Shown: piece after piece, positions 55,419-64,000 of the stretch | How the letters are laid out: each line of letters starts with the position of its first letter | Position numbering within the stretch: the stretch's first letter is position 1 | DNA from: a virus | Lineage: Duplodnaviria; Heunggongvirae; Uroviricota; Caudoviricetes | DNA length: 64,000 bases | Direction: 5' to 3' (one strand) | IMG/VR virus record: IMGVR_UViG_3300047564_003701 | Location: 11,687-75,686 of that record | Notes under the pieces: model-generated | What the model was told of the DNA's origin: nothing | Seen by the model: only the letters and a program-made list of their open reading frames with translations | Database searches by the model: none | Program-made: the position numbers and the translations under genes

Positions 55419-56360
55419 ATGACTACACTTATTCAAGGTGACTGCCTAGAAGTCGCCGACCAAATCGCCGACGGATCTATAGACTTTGTTCTCACCGATC
55501 CTCCCTATAACATCAGCAATGATGGTGCGAAGCCTGTTTGGATTGATCCGGAAACAGGCGAAAACAAAAATACCATCCATAGCCAAAAGTTCAGCGAAAA
55601 CTTTGAACAGGATTGGGATGCCGTTACACACGATCAGTTTCTGTTACAGTTAGAGCAATGGAGTAAGCTGTGGCATAGTAAACTGCGCAAAGGCGGTAGT
55701 TTTGCCGTATTCATCTCCGATCAGTACATCAGCTATCTTTGGAAGACAATGGCGGACGTCGGCCTTGAACCCAAGCGTGTCTGGACTTGGAAGAAGCCTG
55801 CGGCTGTGCCTTTCAATCGAGGAGTTAATCCTGTTAGTGGTTGTGAATACATCTTATGGGGTATCAAACCTGGCGGTAAGAGAACATTCAATTCTGACAC
55901 AGACCTTAATTCGATCGTAGACAGATATGCTGTGGCTGATAAGGTGTCTAGTATTATGTACAGGGAAGTCAAAGACGGACTAGGCAGTCGCAGCCTAGAC
56001 AGCATCTTTGCTGCTGCTCAAAAAGAAGCAGAAGCAATGATAAAGAGTAGAAAACAGTCTGGCAGCAAGGTACAGGCTATTGTACCAAATACTATTACCT
56101 ACAGTGGAGGGTTAGGCGGCAAGATACACCCGACCCAAAAACCTACAGAGATTTTAGAATACTTTATCGAGCTGTGTTCCAATCCAGGCGACATAATTTT
56201 GGACACATTCGCAGGCAGTGGAAGTACAGGAATCGCTGCCAAGAACACGGGAAGAAACTGCATTTTGGTTGAACGAGATCCAAAAATGTTTGCCAAAATG
56301 AGCGAACGCTTTGATACAACATCCGGCCTCAACACCAATCTTTTCATCGAATCTGATTGA
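55419..56360 (+). CDS. DNA methyltransferase (N6-adenine/N4-cytosine, beta-class)
   Basis: DPPY catalytic motif near the N-terminus and AdoMet motif I (FAGSGSTG) near the C-terminus. Confidence 0.85.
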   Translation: MTTLIQGDCLEVADQIADGSIDFVLTDPPYNISNDGAKPVWIDPETGENKNTIHSQKFSENFEQDWDAVTHDQFLLQLEQWSKLWHSKLRKGGSFAVFISDQYISYLWKTMADVGLEPKRVWTWKKPAAVPFNRGVNPVSGCEYILWGIKPGGKRTFNSDTDLNSIVDRYAVADKVSSIMYREVKDGLGSRSLDSIFAAAQKEAEAMIKSRKQSGSKVQAIVPNTITYSGGLGGKIHPTQKPTEILEYFIELCSNPGDIILDTFAGSGSTGIAAKNTGRNCILVERDPKMFAKMSERFDTTSGLNTNLFIESD

Positions 56361-56415
56361 CACAAAGTTCTCCTTGTGCTACAATTTAAACATTGTAGAA
56401 ACCTAGGAGCAGACA

Positions 56416-56766
56416 GTGCGATATTACATTGTCAGTTGGGACAATTTAGGTGTAGAGTTCTTTGAAGAAATCACAGAACATCATCCAGAGAATTGGGCCA
56501 AAGATCATTTATTTGACAGTATAAAACAAAATAAGCGAGTAAAAAAGCCTATGAAGTTTAATCTTCAGGCCCTAATACTTCGAGCACAGTTTAACACGCA
56601 TCGCCATTATGAGATCTATGTATTCACCTCAGAGGATGATGTTGGACCCCAAGATATTCAGCATTGGTTTACTGTAACCCCGCAAGATTTTGCAGAGTGG
56701 GTTCGTGAAAACAATTCTTACAAAATTTATAGCAATCGTAAAACCACAAAGGATCTAATTGTATGA
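56416..56766 (+). CDS. hypothetical protein
   Basis: GTG-start ORF after AGGAG. An extended -10 (TGCTACAAT) lies upstream. Confidence 0.4.
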   Translation: MRYYIVSWDNLGVEFFEEITEHHPENWAKDHLFDSIKQNKRVKKPMKFNLQALILRAQFNTHRHYEIYVFTSEDDVGPQDIQHWFTVTPQDFAEWVRENNSYKIYSNRKTTKDLIV

Positions 56767-58079
56767 GAACACAACCACAGATTATTATTCAACGCCTTGA
56801 AGCAGATAACAGTCGTCTTGCCAAAGAAGCTGTTTTGGTCGATGCGATGGGCGAAGGATTAGATGAGTTCTTTGAAGGCGTCCGTATGTGTTTGGACAAT
56901 CTTTATACCTTTGGTGTCAAGCAGGTCCCTGTCAGTGATAAAGATGGTCAGGGTCTCAGCTGGGACAACTTCAAGCAGTTGGCGGAATCTCTTTACAAGC
57001 GAGAACTTACTGGACACGCAGCTAGAGATGCTATCCAATTAGCCATGGATGTGGCTACCAAAGAACAATGGAACGACTTTTATCGTCGTATTCTAATCAA
57101 AGACCTACGCTGTGGTGTTTCAGAAAAGACTGTGAACACTGTGGCTAAAAAACAAAAGAAGACGCAGTATGCAGTTCCTGTATTCGAGTGTCAGCTCAGC
57201 CACGACTCTGCTAATCACGAAACCAAACTCGCTGGGAAAAAGATCGTTGAGCGTAAACTAGACGGCGTTCGTTGTTTAACTGTGATCGATCACGAGCAGA
57301 GAACTGTCACTCAATATACACGTAACGGCAAAGTATTGGAAAATTTCAAACACGTTACTGAGTACCTAGAAAAGTTTATCGACGAGTTCGGTAGAAGCTA
57401 TGTGCTTGATGGCGAGATCATGAGTTCTAGCTTTCAAGATCTTATGAAGCAAGTACATCGTAAGGACAATGTCAATGCCGCTGATGCTGTACTAAATCTG
57501 TTTGACATCATACCTTTGGTAGAATTCAAACAAGGCAAATCCGTAATGGGGCAACGTCGACGAAGCCAGTTCTTAAAGAACTTTGAAAACATCTTTAACG
57601 ATTCAGGATTTATCACTATCGTTCCGCAACGTGAGTTTGATCTTGATGTGTTTACTGATGAAATTGAATTCCGCGACTACATGAAGGAAATGGTAGCGGC
57701 TGGCTACGAAGGCATTATGATCAAAGATCCTGATGCCAAATATGAGTGTAAGAGAACCACAAACTGGTTGAAGATGAAACCTTTTATTGAGGTTAGTTTA
57801 ACCATCACAGAAGTAGAAGAAGGGACGGGTAGGAACAATGGACGTCTTGGCGCAGTTGTTTGCAGGGGCATTGATGACGGTAAGGAGATATTGGTCAATG
57901 TTGGCAGCGGTTTTACTGATTCTGATCGTACTGATTATTGGATCGCACGTGATACGCTACCAGGTCAAATTGTGGAAGTGCGAGCAGATGCTGTCACGCA
58001 AAATCAAGATGGATCGTACAGTCTGCGGTTTCCCAGGTTCATTAGATTTAGAGGATTCAAGGTCGGGGAAAAAATCTAA
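56763..58079 (+). CDS. ATP-dependent DNA ligase
   Basis: Motif I KLDGVR and downstream nucleotidyltransferase and OB-fold motifs. Confidence 0.85.
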   Translation: MRTQPQIIIQRLEADNSRLAKEAVLVDAMGEGLDEFFEGVRMCLDNLYTFGVKQVPVSDKDGQGLSWDNFKQLAESLYKRELTGHAARDAIQLAMDVATKEQWNDFYRRILIKDLRCGVSEKTVNTVAKKQKKTQYAVPVFECQLSHDSANHETKLAGKKIVERKLDGVRCLTVIDHEQRTVTQYTRNGKVLENFKHVTEYLEKFIDEFGRSYVLDGEIMSSSFQDLMKQVHRKDNVNAADAVLNLFDIIPLVEFKQGKSVMGQRRRSQFLKNFENIFNDSGFITIVPQREFDLDVFTDEIEFRDYMKEMVAAGYEGIMIKDPDAKYECKRTTNWLKMKPFIEVSLTITEVEEGTGRNNGRLGAVVCRGIDDGKEILVNVGSGFTDSDRTDYWIARDTLPGQIVEVRADAVTQNQDGSYSLRFPRFIRFRGFKVGEKI

Positions 58080-58094
58080 AACAGAATGGGATGA

Positions 58095-58361
58095 ATGATG
58101 AAAGAGATTGTTGGGTTCCTAAAATGGCAATGGAATAAGTTTGAATTTTGGCAAAAATGTTTTGTTGTTAGTAGTTCCTTTATCGGAGCATCCATAGTAG
58201 CCCCTGAGCCTGTGGATCGTTGGTTATTTGCTGTTCCGATGATAGTGGTATTTGGATTTACGACCAAATGGTTTGTATGGGATGGTGTGAAGGCAAGCTG
58301 GCAAAAGTACAAAGAAGATCGGAACAGCCTGTTGACTACTATTAAAGAATCAGATAAATGA
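58095..58361 (+). CDS. small membrane protein
   Basis: Two transmembrane helices. Confidence 0.4.
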   Translation: MMKEIVGFLKWQWNKFEFWQKCFVVSSSFIGASIVAPEPVDRWLFAVPMIVVFGFTTKWFVWDGVKASWQKYKEDRNSLLTTIKESDK

Positions 58362-58825
58362 AAAAGTTATTCTATATCAAAGAGGGCCGTAAGTATGTGC
58401 CCGTGGCAGAATATGATAACGAACTTTTGGATAGCTTTCCCAAAGGAGACCATCTTGTGTCTGTGTACCCAGGAGGTTCTAGTCGTCGCTTTAAGATTGA
58501 TCCGGCCTATGCTCCGATGATCGCTGCCGCTCGTGTTGCTGAGGACGAGATCTGTCGAGCTATCTCTAAAGCCGCTGAACTACGTCCTCCACGTACTCCA
58601 ATTACTCCTAAGCAGAAAAAAGCCTGGGAAGCATTGGCTGCGGCATTCGGTGACGAGCTTTGTACCTTACAGGGATTGAGCATCCGCGATTGTGCCGAAG
58701 CAGGTGTTAAAGCTATGCAAGAAGAAGCAGAAAAATTACTAAAACACCAAAGTGTTCGTAAGGCATACGAGCACTTCCAACTAATGTGCGAATTGGTAAA
58801 AGAAAATGAATGTCACAAATCATAA
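58358..58825 (+). CDS. hypothetical protein
   Basis: ATGA-coupled ORF. Confidence 0.4.
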   Translation: MKKLFYIKEGRKYVPVAEYDNELLDSFPKGDHLVSVYPGGSSRRFKIDPAYAPMIAAARVAEDEICRAISKAAELRPPRTPITPKQKKAWEALAAAFGDELCTLQGLSIRDCAEAGVKAMQEEAEKLLKHQSVRKAYEHFQLMCELVKENECHKS

Positions 58826-59501
58826 AGGTCCTGTCCTTAGTGTTTTACAGGAAATTTTTGGTAGAGGGGACGACAGCCCTCCCCATCCTAATTTTCATCA
58901 GGCCGTAAAGGTCATAGAATTTCCCACCGTACATAAAAAAGATAATGAACCGGTAAATTTAATTTGGCCTGATATTCAACGCGGTCCGTGGATTGCCGGC
59001 GGTGCTGCTCTGCGATGGTACCAGAATCAACCCGTAGGAGACAGCGATATCGATGTGTTCTGCGCCAATGCTCGACAGGCCGCTGATGTCATAAGTCGAA
59101 TCAAGAGCTATGGTCGACACTCTGTCAAGTTTGAAAGTGAAAATGCACTGACATTGGATTATTGGTCTAAGGAAAATTACAGCGATCGATGGACTATTCA
59201 AATTATCACCCGACGATATTTCAACAGTCTAGAAGAAGTGATCAATAATTTTGATATCACTGTCTGCGAAGTCGGGACAGCAGGCAATGAATGGTTGTTA
59301 GGTCCATTCACTGCTCGCGATATTCGAGAGCGCAATTTGAATTTTAAATTGCCTTTACAACCAGATGCTATGAAAAGATTAGTCAAATATTGGGCCTACG
59401 GGTATCGGCCGGTTGAAGGTACCATAGAGGCTATTCAAAATAACCCGATCGCTAAATGGCAGTTTAGTGCTGAAACCGAGGACTATCAAAATGCGTTCTG
59501 A
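58806..59501 (+). CDS. putative nucleotidyltransferase (Pol-beta superfamily)
   Basis: GGAALRWYQNQPVGDSDIDVF fits the GG/GS...D.D NTase signature. Confidence 0.4.
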   Translation: MNVTNHKGPVLSVLQEIFGRGDDSPPHPNFHQAVKVIEFPTVHKKDNEPVNLIWPDIQRGPWIAGGAALRWYQNQPVGDSDIDVFCANARQAADVISRIKSYGRHSVKFESENALTLDYWSKENYSDRWTIQIITRRYFNSLEEVINNFDITVCEVGTAGNEWLLGPFTARDIRERNLNFKLPLQPDAMKRLVKYWAYGYRPVEGTIEAIQNNPIAKWQFSAETEDYQNAF

Positions 59502-59868
59502 ACATACTTGGAGTTTGCTAGATCCTAGGCCAGTGCTGTTGTATCTAGACAAGTCTGATGAATACATTGTTTATTGGAACGGTGTAGTTATGCCGCATAC
59601 CATGGCACTTTCTATGGCTATGGAGAACTACGGTGTCTGGGCTACTCCGGAGATGAAAACTGCTATGGAGAAAGATTACGAGCGTATTTACTATGCCAAC
59701 GGATTTAATACCAGGGCTTGGGACAGTAAAGTCTCATCTTCTCCGGTTTACCCTTACTTGAAGCGCATCATGGCCGATCATTTAAAGACGGTGCTAGAAG
59801 GCAAGGAAGCCCGAGATGTACTAGGTTGGTTTGATTATTCACGAGCAAGAAAGGAATCAAATGTATAA
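59467..59868 (+). CDS. hypothetical protein
   Basis: ORF. Confidence 0.4.
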   Translation: MLKPRTIKMRSEHTWSLLDPRPVLLYLDKSDEYIVYWNGVVMPHTMALSMAMENYGVWATPEMKTAMEKDYERIYYANGFNTRAWDSKVSSSPVYPYLKRIMADHLKTVLEGKEARDVLGWFDYSRARKESNV

Positions 59869-60085
59869 GACAATTTACACAGAGGTTGAAGTTGATGTTG
59901 ACCTGTCAGAGTTTGACACAGAGGATCTCGTCGAGGAACTGGAAAGCCGAGGTGCGGGGGTTGAACCCGAGTTCGGTGATGGCAAGGAACTCTTGATGTC
60001 TATCTATGAAAAGCGTAGATTGGGCAAGGACTATCAAACAGAACTTGAACAATTAATTTGGCGAGGATTGGGTAAAGTATTATGA
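59831..60085 (+). CDS. hypothetical protein
   Basis: ORF. Confidence 0.35.
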   Translation: MIIHEQERNQMYKTIYTEVEVDVDLSEFDTEDLVEELESRGAGVEPEFGDGKELLMSIYEKRRLGKDYQTELEQLIWRGLGKVL

Positions 60086-60285
60086 ACGAACGAATTCGAG
60101 AAGTTTGGATCAAAGCGGCCAGCGAAGATTCTGACCCAGATAATTGGGATACACAAGAACAGTTTATTGAACGGTTCGCCGAGTTGATTGTGCGGGAATG
60201 TGCTGAGCAAGTTGATTGGATACTTGCCGAAGGTGGTAAGACACAGGGTGATTTGATTAAACAACATTTCGGAGTTAAAGAATGA
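60082..60285 (+). CDS. hypothetical protein
   Basis: ORF. Confidence 0.35.
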   Translation: MNERIREVWIKAASEDSDPDNWDTQEQFIERFAELIVRECAEQVDWILAEGGKTQGDLIKQHFGVKE

Positions 60286-60404
60286 AACCTAAATTATTGT
60301 ATTATTTGAATGGTGGTAAAAGATTTCCTAGCGGCAAGCGTTTTGGAATGTATAAACTTACTGACGCCAAATGGCGTATCATGTATGACCTACCTCAGAG
60401 TTGA
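60282..60404 (+). CDS. possible 40-aa protein
   Basis: ATGA-coupled. Encodes MKPKLLYYLNGGKRFPSGKRFGMYKLTDAKWRIMYDLPQS. Confidence 0.3.
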   Translation: MKPKLLYYLNGGKRFPSGKRFGMYKLTDAKWRIMYDLPQS

Positions 60405-60407
60405 AGA

Positions 60408-60515
60408 ATGAGCAAGCATCCATCATATTGTTGCCAGCGATGCGGAGAACTAATTGGTTGGCTAGGTCGAGTTATGCCCTTTCATAAATGTAAAAGTATC
60501 GGAGTTGAAGAATGA
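60408..60515 (+). CDS. possible 35-aa zinc-ribbon-like protein
   Basis: MSKHPSYCCQRCGELIGWLGRVMPFHKCKSIGVEE. Confidence 0.3.
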   Translation: MSKHPSYCCQRCGELIGWLGRVMPFHKCKSIGVEE

Positions 60516-60688
60516 TTAGATTTATATTTGTATTTGCCATTTTGGCAGCGTTGATTCATTTTGGTATTATGGCTTGGCAAAAGATGTCAGGATCTGAACG
60601 TTGGACCTTGACAAAAAGCCTAACCTATAGTATAATTGTTGCACTGCTAGCGATAGTAGCAATGATGTTCTTGGTAGTTTTGTTTTAA
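60512..60688 (+). CDS. possible 58-aa membrane protein
   Basis: ATGA-coupled, with two hydrophobic helices. Confidence 0.35.
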   Translation: MIRFIFVFAILAALIHFGIMAWQKMSGSERWTLTKSLTYSIIVALLAIVAMMFLVVLF

Positions 60689-60784
60689 AGGACTAATATG
60701 ATCAACGATCGTTGGTTGCGCCCATTGTATTTTGCTCTGGGCTTCGCAGCGTGTTTCTTTCTTTTTTCCACTGGAGTTATCTAA

Positions 60785-61579
60785 ATGAAGCGTTTTTTCA
60801 CTCTGTCTATTTTGGCTGCTGCCGTTCTAGCAACAGGTTGTACTCGTATTGAAACCGGCGAAGTCGGTGTGCGAGTTGGTTTTGACAAACAGGTACAGCC
60901 CGGTGAACTGTTACCTGGCTCGTTCAATCAGGTATTGATTGGTGATGTACTTACGTTCCCTATCAAGGACGTTAATGTGACATTGGAGAATATGACTCCG
61001 GTAGCCAAAGACAATAGCACAATGAAAGACTTCGATGCAGTGGTTGTTTATAACATCAATCCACAACAAGTGTCAGAACTGTATGCCACTAAGAACCGGG
61101 CTTTCCACGCAGAGTTTAAAGGCGATACTTATGTAATGTATAACTACATCGTACAAAATGCCCGTAACTCTATCTACAAGGCAGCACGTAAGTACGAAGC
61201 ACTGGATATGGCGGATAATCGCAGTGATATGGAGAATTTCATCAAAGAAGAAATCGTTCGCAATCTCGCTGAAGAAAAGCTAGACGGTAGTATCACTATC
61301 AGCCAAGTGCTAATCCGTAATGTTGTACCCGCTGACTCGGTAGTTGAATCAGCCAACGCTCTTGTTCGTGCTAAGAACGAACTCAAGCAGAAAGAAGTCG
61401 AAGTTAAGACTGCCGAAGCTGAAGCACGTCGAATGGCAGCATTGGCCAATAACAGTTCTAGCTCGATAGCATTTATGCAAGCGCAGGCTATGCTTAACAT
61501 TTCTGAAGGTATCAAAACTGGCAAGGTTCAAACTATTGTTGTTCCTAGCAATTTCAATGCCTTGATGATGAACAAATAA
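60785..61579 (+). CDS. SPFH/band-7 domain lipoprotein
   Basis: Lipobox LATGCT, then GEVGVRVGF... of the SPFH fold, and a C-terminal coiled coil. Confidence 0.55.
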   Translation: MKRFFTLSILAAAVLATGCTRIETGEVGVRVGFDKQVQPGELLPGSFNQVLIGDVLTFPIKDVNVTLENMTPVAKDNSTMKDFDAVVVYNINPQQVSELYATKNRAFHAEFKGDTYVMYNYIVQNARNSIYKAARKYEALDMADNRSDMENFIKEEIVRNLAEEKLDGSITISQVLIRNVVPADSVVESANALVRAKNELKQKEVEVKTAEAEARRMAALANNSSSSIAFMQAQAMLNISEGIKTGKVQTIVVPSNFNALMMNK

Positions 61580-61594
61580 TAAGGTCGAATCAAA

Positions 61595-62188
61595 ATGATC
61601 ACTCTAAAAGAATGGATGGAAATCGTTGACTACCGTATCACTGAAGGCAGTGGCTATCAGTGGCAGTGCTACGGTCCCAATGCTTACTGTCTAGACTCTT
61701 GGAATGGTGAACAAGATGGTCATAGTCTTTCAATCATCTTTGATACTAAAACCCAAGAAGTCTACGAAGTTCAAGCCCACGACTATCAGCGAAATCGTGC
61801 CTATCGTTTGACTAATCCCGACTATCTATCGGATCGAGATGATGAAGCTCGAGATCGTGGTGTTAACAAACAAGAAGCCTGGGATGATCTCGAATACGTA
61901 GATCTTGATGTAGATGATGACTTTATCCAAAAAGCACTGTCTATTGTTGCAGATGAAGATTACGATACCCGTGTGCAGGTTCCTGTGGATTTTTCAGACG
62001 AAGAATTACTGGAATATATGAAGCTGGCACACCAACGAGATATCACATTCAATCAACTGGTCGAGGAAGCTCTAAGAGCAGCTATTGAAGACCGCAAGCT
62101 CGATAACAGTCCTATGCACTACACCAACACGGATAATCCTATTGATTTTCCTGTGCCGAAGACAAAAAAGAAAAAGTCTAAGAAGTGA
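61595..62188 (+). CDS. hypothetical acidic protein
   Basis: ORF with a K-rich C-terminus. Confidence 0.4.
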   Translation: MITLKEWMEIVDYRITEGSGYQWQCYGPNAYCLDSWNGEQDGHSLSIIFDTKTQEVYEVQAHDYQRNRAYRLTNPDYLSDRDDEARDRGVNKQEAWDDLEYVDLDVDDDFIQKALSIVADEDYDTRVQVPVDFSDEELLEYMKLAHQRDITFNQLVEEALRAAIEDRKLDNSPMHYTNTDNPIDFPVPKTKKKKSKK

Positions 62189-63082
62189 TCAACTGACTCG
62201 TTTAGTAGCGCAAATATCAAATCCGTTGGCACATTGATCCTTTTGACAGAGAATAGGATCTTTAGGCCAACGTATATTTTCTCCTAGTTTTCCCAAAGGA
62301 CCTCCCTGTCTACAGTGTCCTCTGTATATCACACCTTCGGCTGTGACTATGATCTGTTCTAGTCCGATATCGCACTGATGATCAACGAAACGATTTTGAT
62401 CGTCTAAGACTAATCGCATATACGATGTTTCTATTTTTTCGGATTCGGAATCTAAGATCAATCCTTTCTGTGTTCTGAATATTTCTAGTTGTTCTTTAGT
62501 GTAATCAACTACGAATCTGTTCCTGATAGGATCTTTAAACAGCATCTTTTTCCAAATCAACATCTTAGGCCATTTGCTTTTTAATCGATCTACGAACTCA
62601 TCTAATTCTTGCCATCTATCGGGTAACATATTCACTGTCACAGAAACTTTACAGGCAGTGTTGGCCAAAGTCCAATTGATCAGCAGCATCAGATGACTGA
62701 GTTGGCTGTGTTCTATATGTACGTTGACTTTGGCTTCGGCAAGGTAGGGAACGATGTCCTGCCAGGTTTCTAAATCTACGTTGAGATTAGTGCCGATTTT
62801 GTTGATCACTGACCTAGAATGTGTGTAGCTCAACAGATCAGGTAGATTATACCATTCTGTGACTTCACCACCTGTGTAAAATATCTCTAATTTTTTACCC
62901 AGACTTTGACTCTGTGCCAGGGCTTGATCTACGAAGTTTTCACAGTTTCGGATGTCGGGCAAAGGAAAGCTGCCATTTCGAATCACTGTGTGACAATAAC
63001 TGCAGGCCCAGGAGCAGTGGTTCATCAACCACCAGTCAATATAGAATTTACTGTGATCTCGCTGTGCGACTAGATTGGGCAT
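62189..63082 (-). CDS. radical SAM protein with C-terminal Cys-rich (SPASM/twitch-like) region
   Basis: CSWACSYC CxxxCxxC cluster near the N-terminus. C-terminal C..QGG...CQKDQCANGFDIC. Confidence 0.6.
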   Translation of the reverse strand: MPNLVAQRDHSKFYIDWWLMNHCSWACSYCHTVIRNGSFPLPDIRNCENFVDQALAQSQSLGKKLEIFYTGGEVTEWYNLPDLLSYTHSRSVINKIGTNLNVDLETWQDIVPYLAEAKVNVHIEHSQLSHLMLLINWTLANTACKVSVTVNMLPDRWQELDEFVDRLKSKWPKMLIWKKMLFKDPIRNRFVVDYTKEQLEIFRTQKGLILDSESEKIETSYMRLVLDDQNRFVDHQCDIGLEQIIVTAEGVIYRGHCRQGGPLGKLGENIRWPKDPILCQKDQCANGFDICATKRVS

Positions 63083-63085
63083 AGC

Positions 63086-63655
63086 TCATAGCCAATGCTC
63101 TACGGCCTGTGTGCCACACTGTTGCATGGCCTGTGCCCACATATCTTCTGGGTCTACGCTGACTAACCAATCAGGATCGGGATTGTTTAATATCAACCAA
63201 CTGTGGCTATGGGTCCAAGGGTGACGTCCTGTGAGTTCAGCTAGTAGTTGACCCGGGCTCCAGCTGGCAAACCCAAAACTGATTCTCTGTCTGCTGGGTA
63301 GGTCTCCGGCCTTGAGCTGTTCAAACATACTGACGTGGCTAGTGATAGCCCAATGCTGGTTGACTGGTATGGTATGTTGATTGCGCCAGCCCGTGTCGTG
63401 CAGCATCCACACAGTCTGAGGGTTCACTGGCCCACCCCAGAACAGTTCTTGATCCCAATCCAATGAAATATCTATAGGGTCCAGTATCTGGCTCAAAGGA
63501 TGATCAGTGGGCCTGTTTAGGCACAGGGCAAAGGTACCCCCATTGTGATCGTGTGTGACCATCAGTACTGATCTACGGAATCTAGGGTCTGCGATCTGCG
63601 GAGGTGCTATGATTAGATCGCCACCGGTTAGTTCATAGTTTCCGGTCTTGATCAT
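63086..63655 (-). CDS. YqgE/AlgH-family (UPF0301) protein
   Basis: LIIAPPQIADPRFRRSVLMVTHDHNGGTFALCLNRP parallels E. coli YqgE [35 protein letters not shown]. Confidence 0.75.
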   Translation of the reverse strand: MIKTGNYELTGGDLIIAPPQIADPRFRRSVLMVTHDHNGGTFALCLNRPTDHPLSQILDPIDISLDWDQELFWGGPVNPQTVWMLHDTGWRNQHTIPVNQHWAITSHVSMFEQLKAGDLPSRQRISFGFASWSPGQLLAELTGRHPWTHSHSWLILNNPDPDWLVSVDPEDMWAQAMQQCGTQAVEHWL

Positions 63656-63658
63656 AGC

Positions 63659-63937
63659 TTAACTCCAATCAGGCAAAGGGCCCCCATACTTTTTGCCCTT
63701 GATCTTCTTGCCGCGAACTTTGACACGCTCTGCGCCTACCTTGTGGCTCTTGCCCCCGTCACGGCTGCGATAGCCCTGCGATTTGCAGCTGGCCAGTTGA
63801 CTAGCCCCTAACGCTGAATCGGGCTTGCCCGACTGACAGAGATCGCGTGAAGCAGGCTCTTCATCAAGATCCTGATCATCGGAGTTGGCCGAGCCCCCAA
63901 ACATTATGTCATCGTTGATGGGAAAGTCTAGATCCAC
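63659..63937 (-). CDS. hypothetical protein
   Basis: 92-aa ORF in the GC-richer terminal block. Confidence 0.35.
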   Translation of the reverse strand: MDLDFPINDDIMFGGSANSDDQDLDEEPASRDLCQSGKPDSALGASQLASCKSQGYRSRDGGKSHKVGAERVKVRGKKIKGKKYGGPLPDWS

Positions 63938-64000
63938 GAACTCTTCGGGCAGTTCGCCGGTGTCTATGATCCAATCCAGTTGTTCTCTAGTAGGATGTAC

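Overview
This is an AT-rich, densely packed and mostly minus-strand coding region that looks like part of a large lytic tailed phage carrying many auxiliary metabolic genes, not a bacterial chromosome. Phage hallmarks are a PAAR spike-tip protein, a repeat-containing tail fibre, a beta-helix tailspike-like protein, a SleB-type endolysin with a membrane partner, an HNH endonuclease, a DPPY DNA methyltransferase, an ATP-dependent DNA ligase, class Ia ribonucleotide reductase with a glutaredoxin, and strings of tiny translationally coupled ORFs. Interleaved with these is a rich set of host-like genes: ahcY, guaC, ribosomal protein S21, DnaK, Hsp20, ClpS, ClpP, a PebS-like bilin reductase, heme oxygenase, 5-aminolevulinate synthase, peroxiredoxin, AhpD, a fatty-acid desaturase, an LpxH-like phosphoesterase and a glycosyltransferase. 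The most striking system is at 1.05-6.5 kb: a complete-looking curli (amyloid fibre) secretion module with CsgG lipoprotein, CsgF, a CsgA/B-like curlin-repeat protein, a 644-aa secreted protein with C-terminal curlin repeats and a FecR-domain protein with a curlin-like C-terminus, all in one minus-strand operon. The second highlight is a circularly permuted, two-piece alphaproteobacterial-type tmRNA gene at about 23.40-23.74 kb, with an intact 7-bp acceptor pairing, G3:U70 and a tag frame ending ...NEGRFALAA-stop. Regulatory features seen directly are three near-consensus sigma70 promoters on the plus strand (one apparently leaderless), a divergent promoter region with a 7-2-7 palindromic operator, a ~40-nt element conserved upstream of both hsp20 and dnaK, and several intrinsic terminators. 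All protein calls rest on motif-level recognition by eye and should be confirmed by HMM searches.
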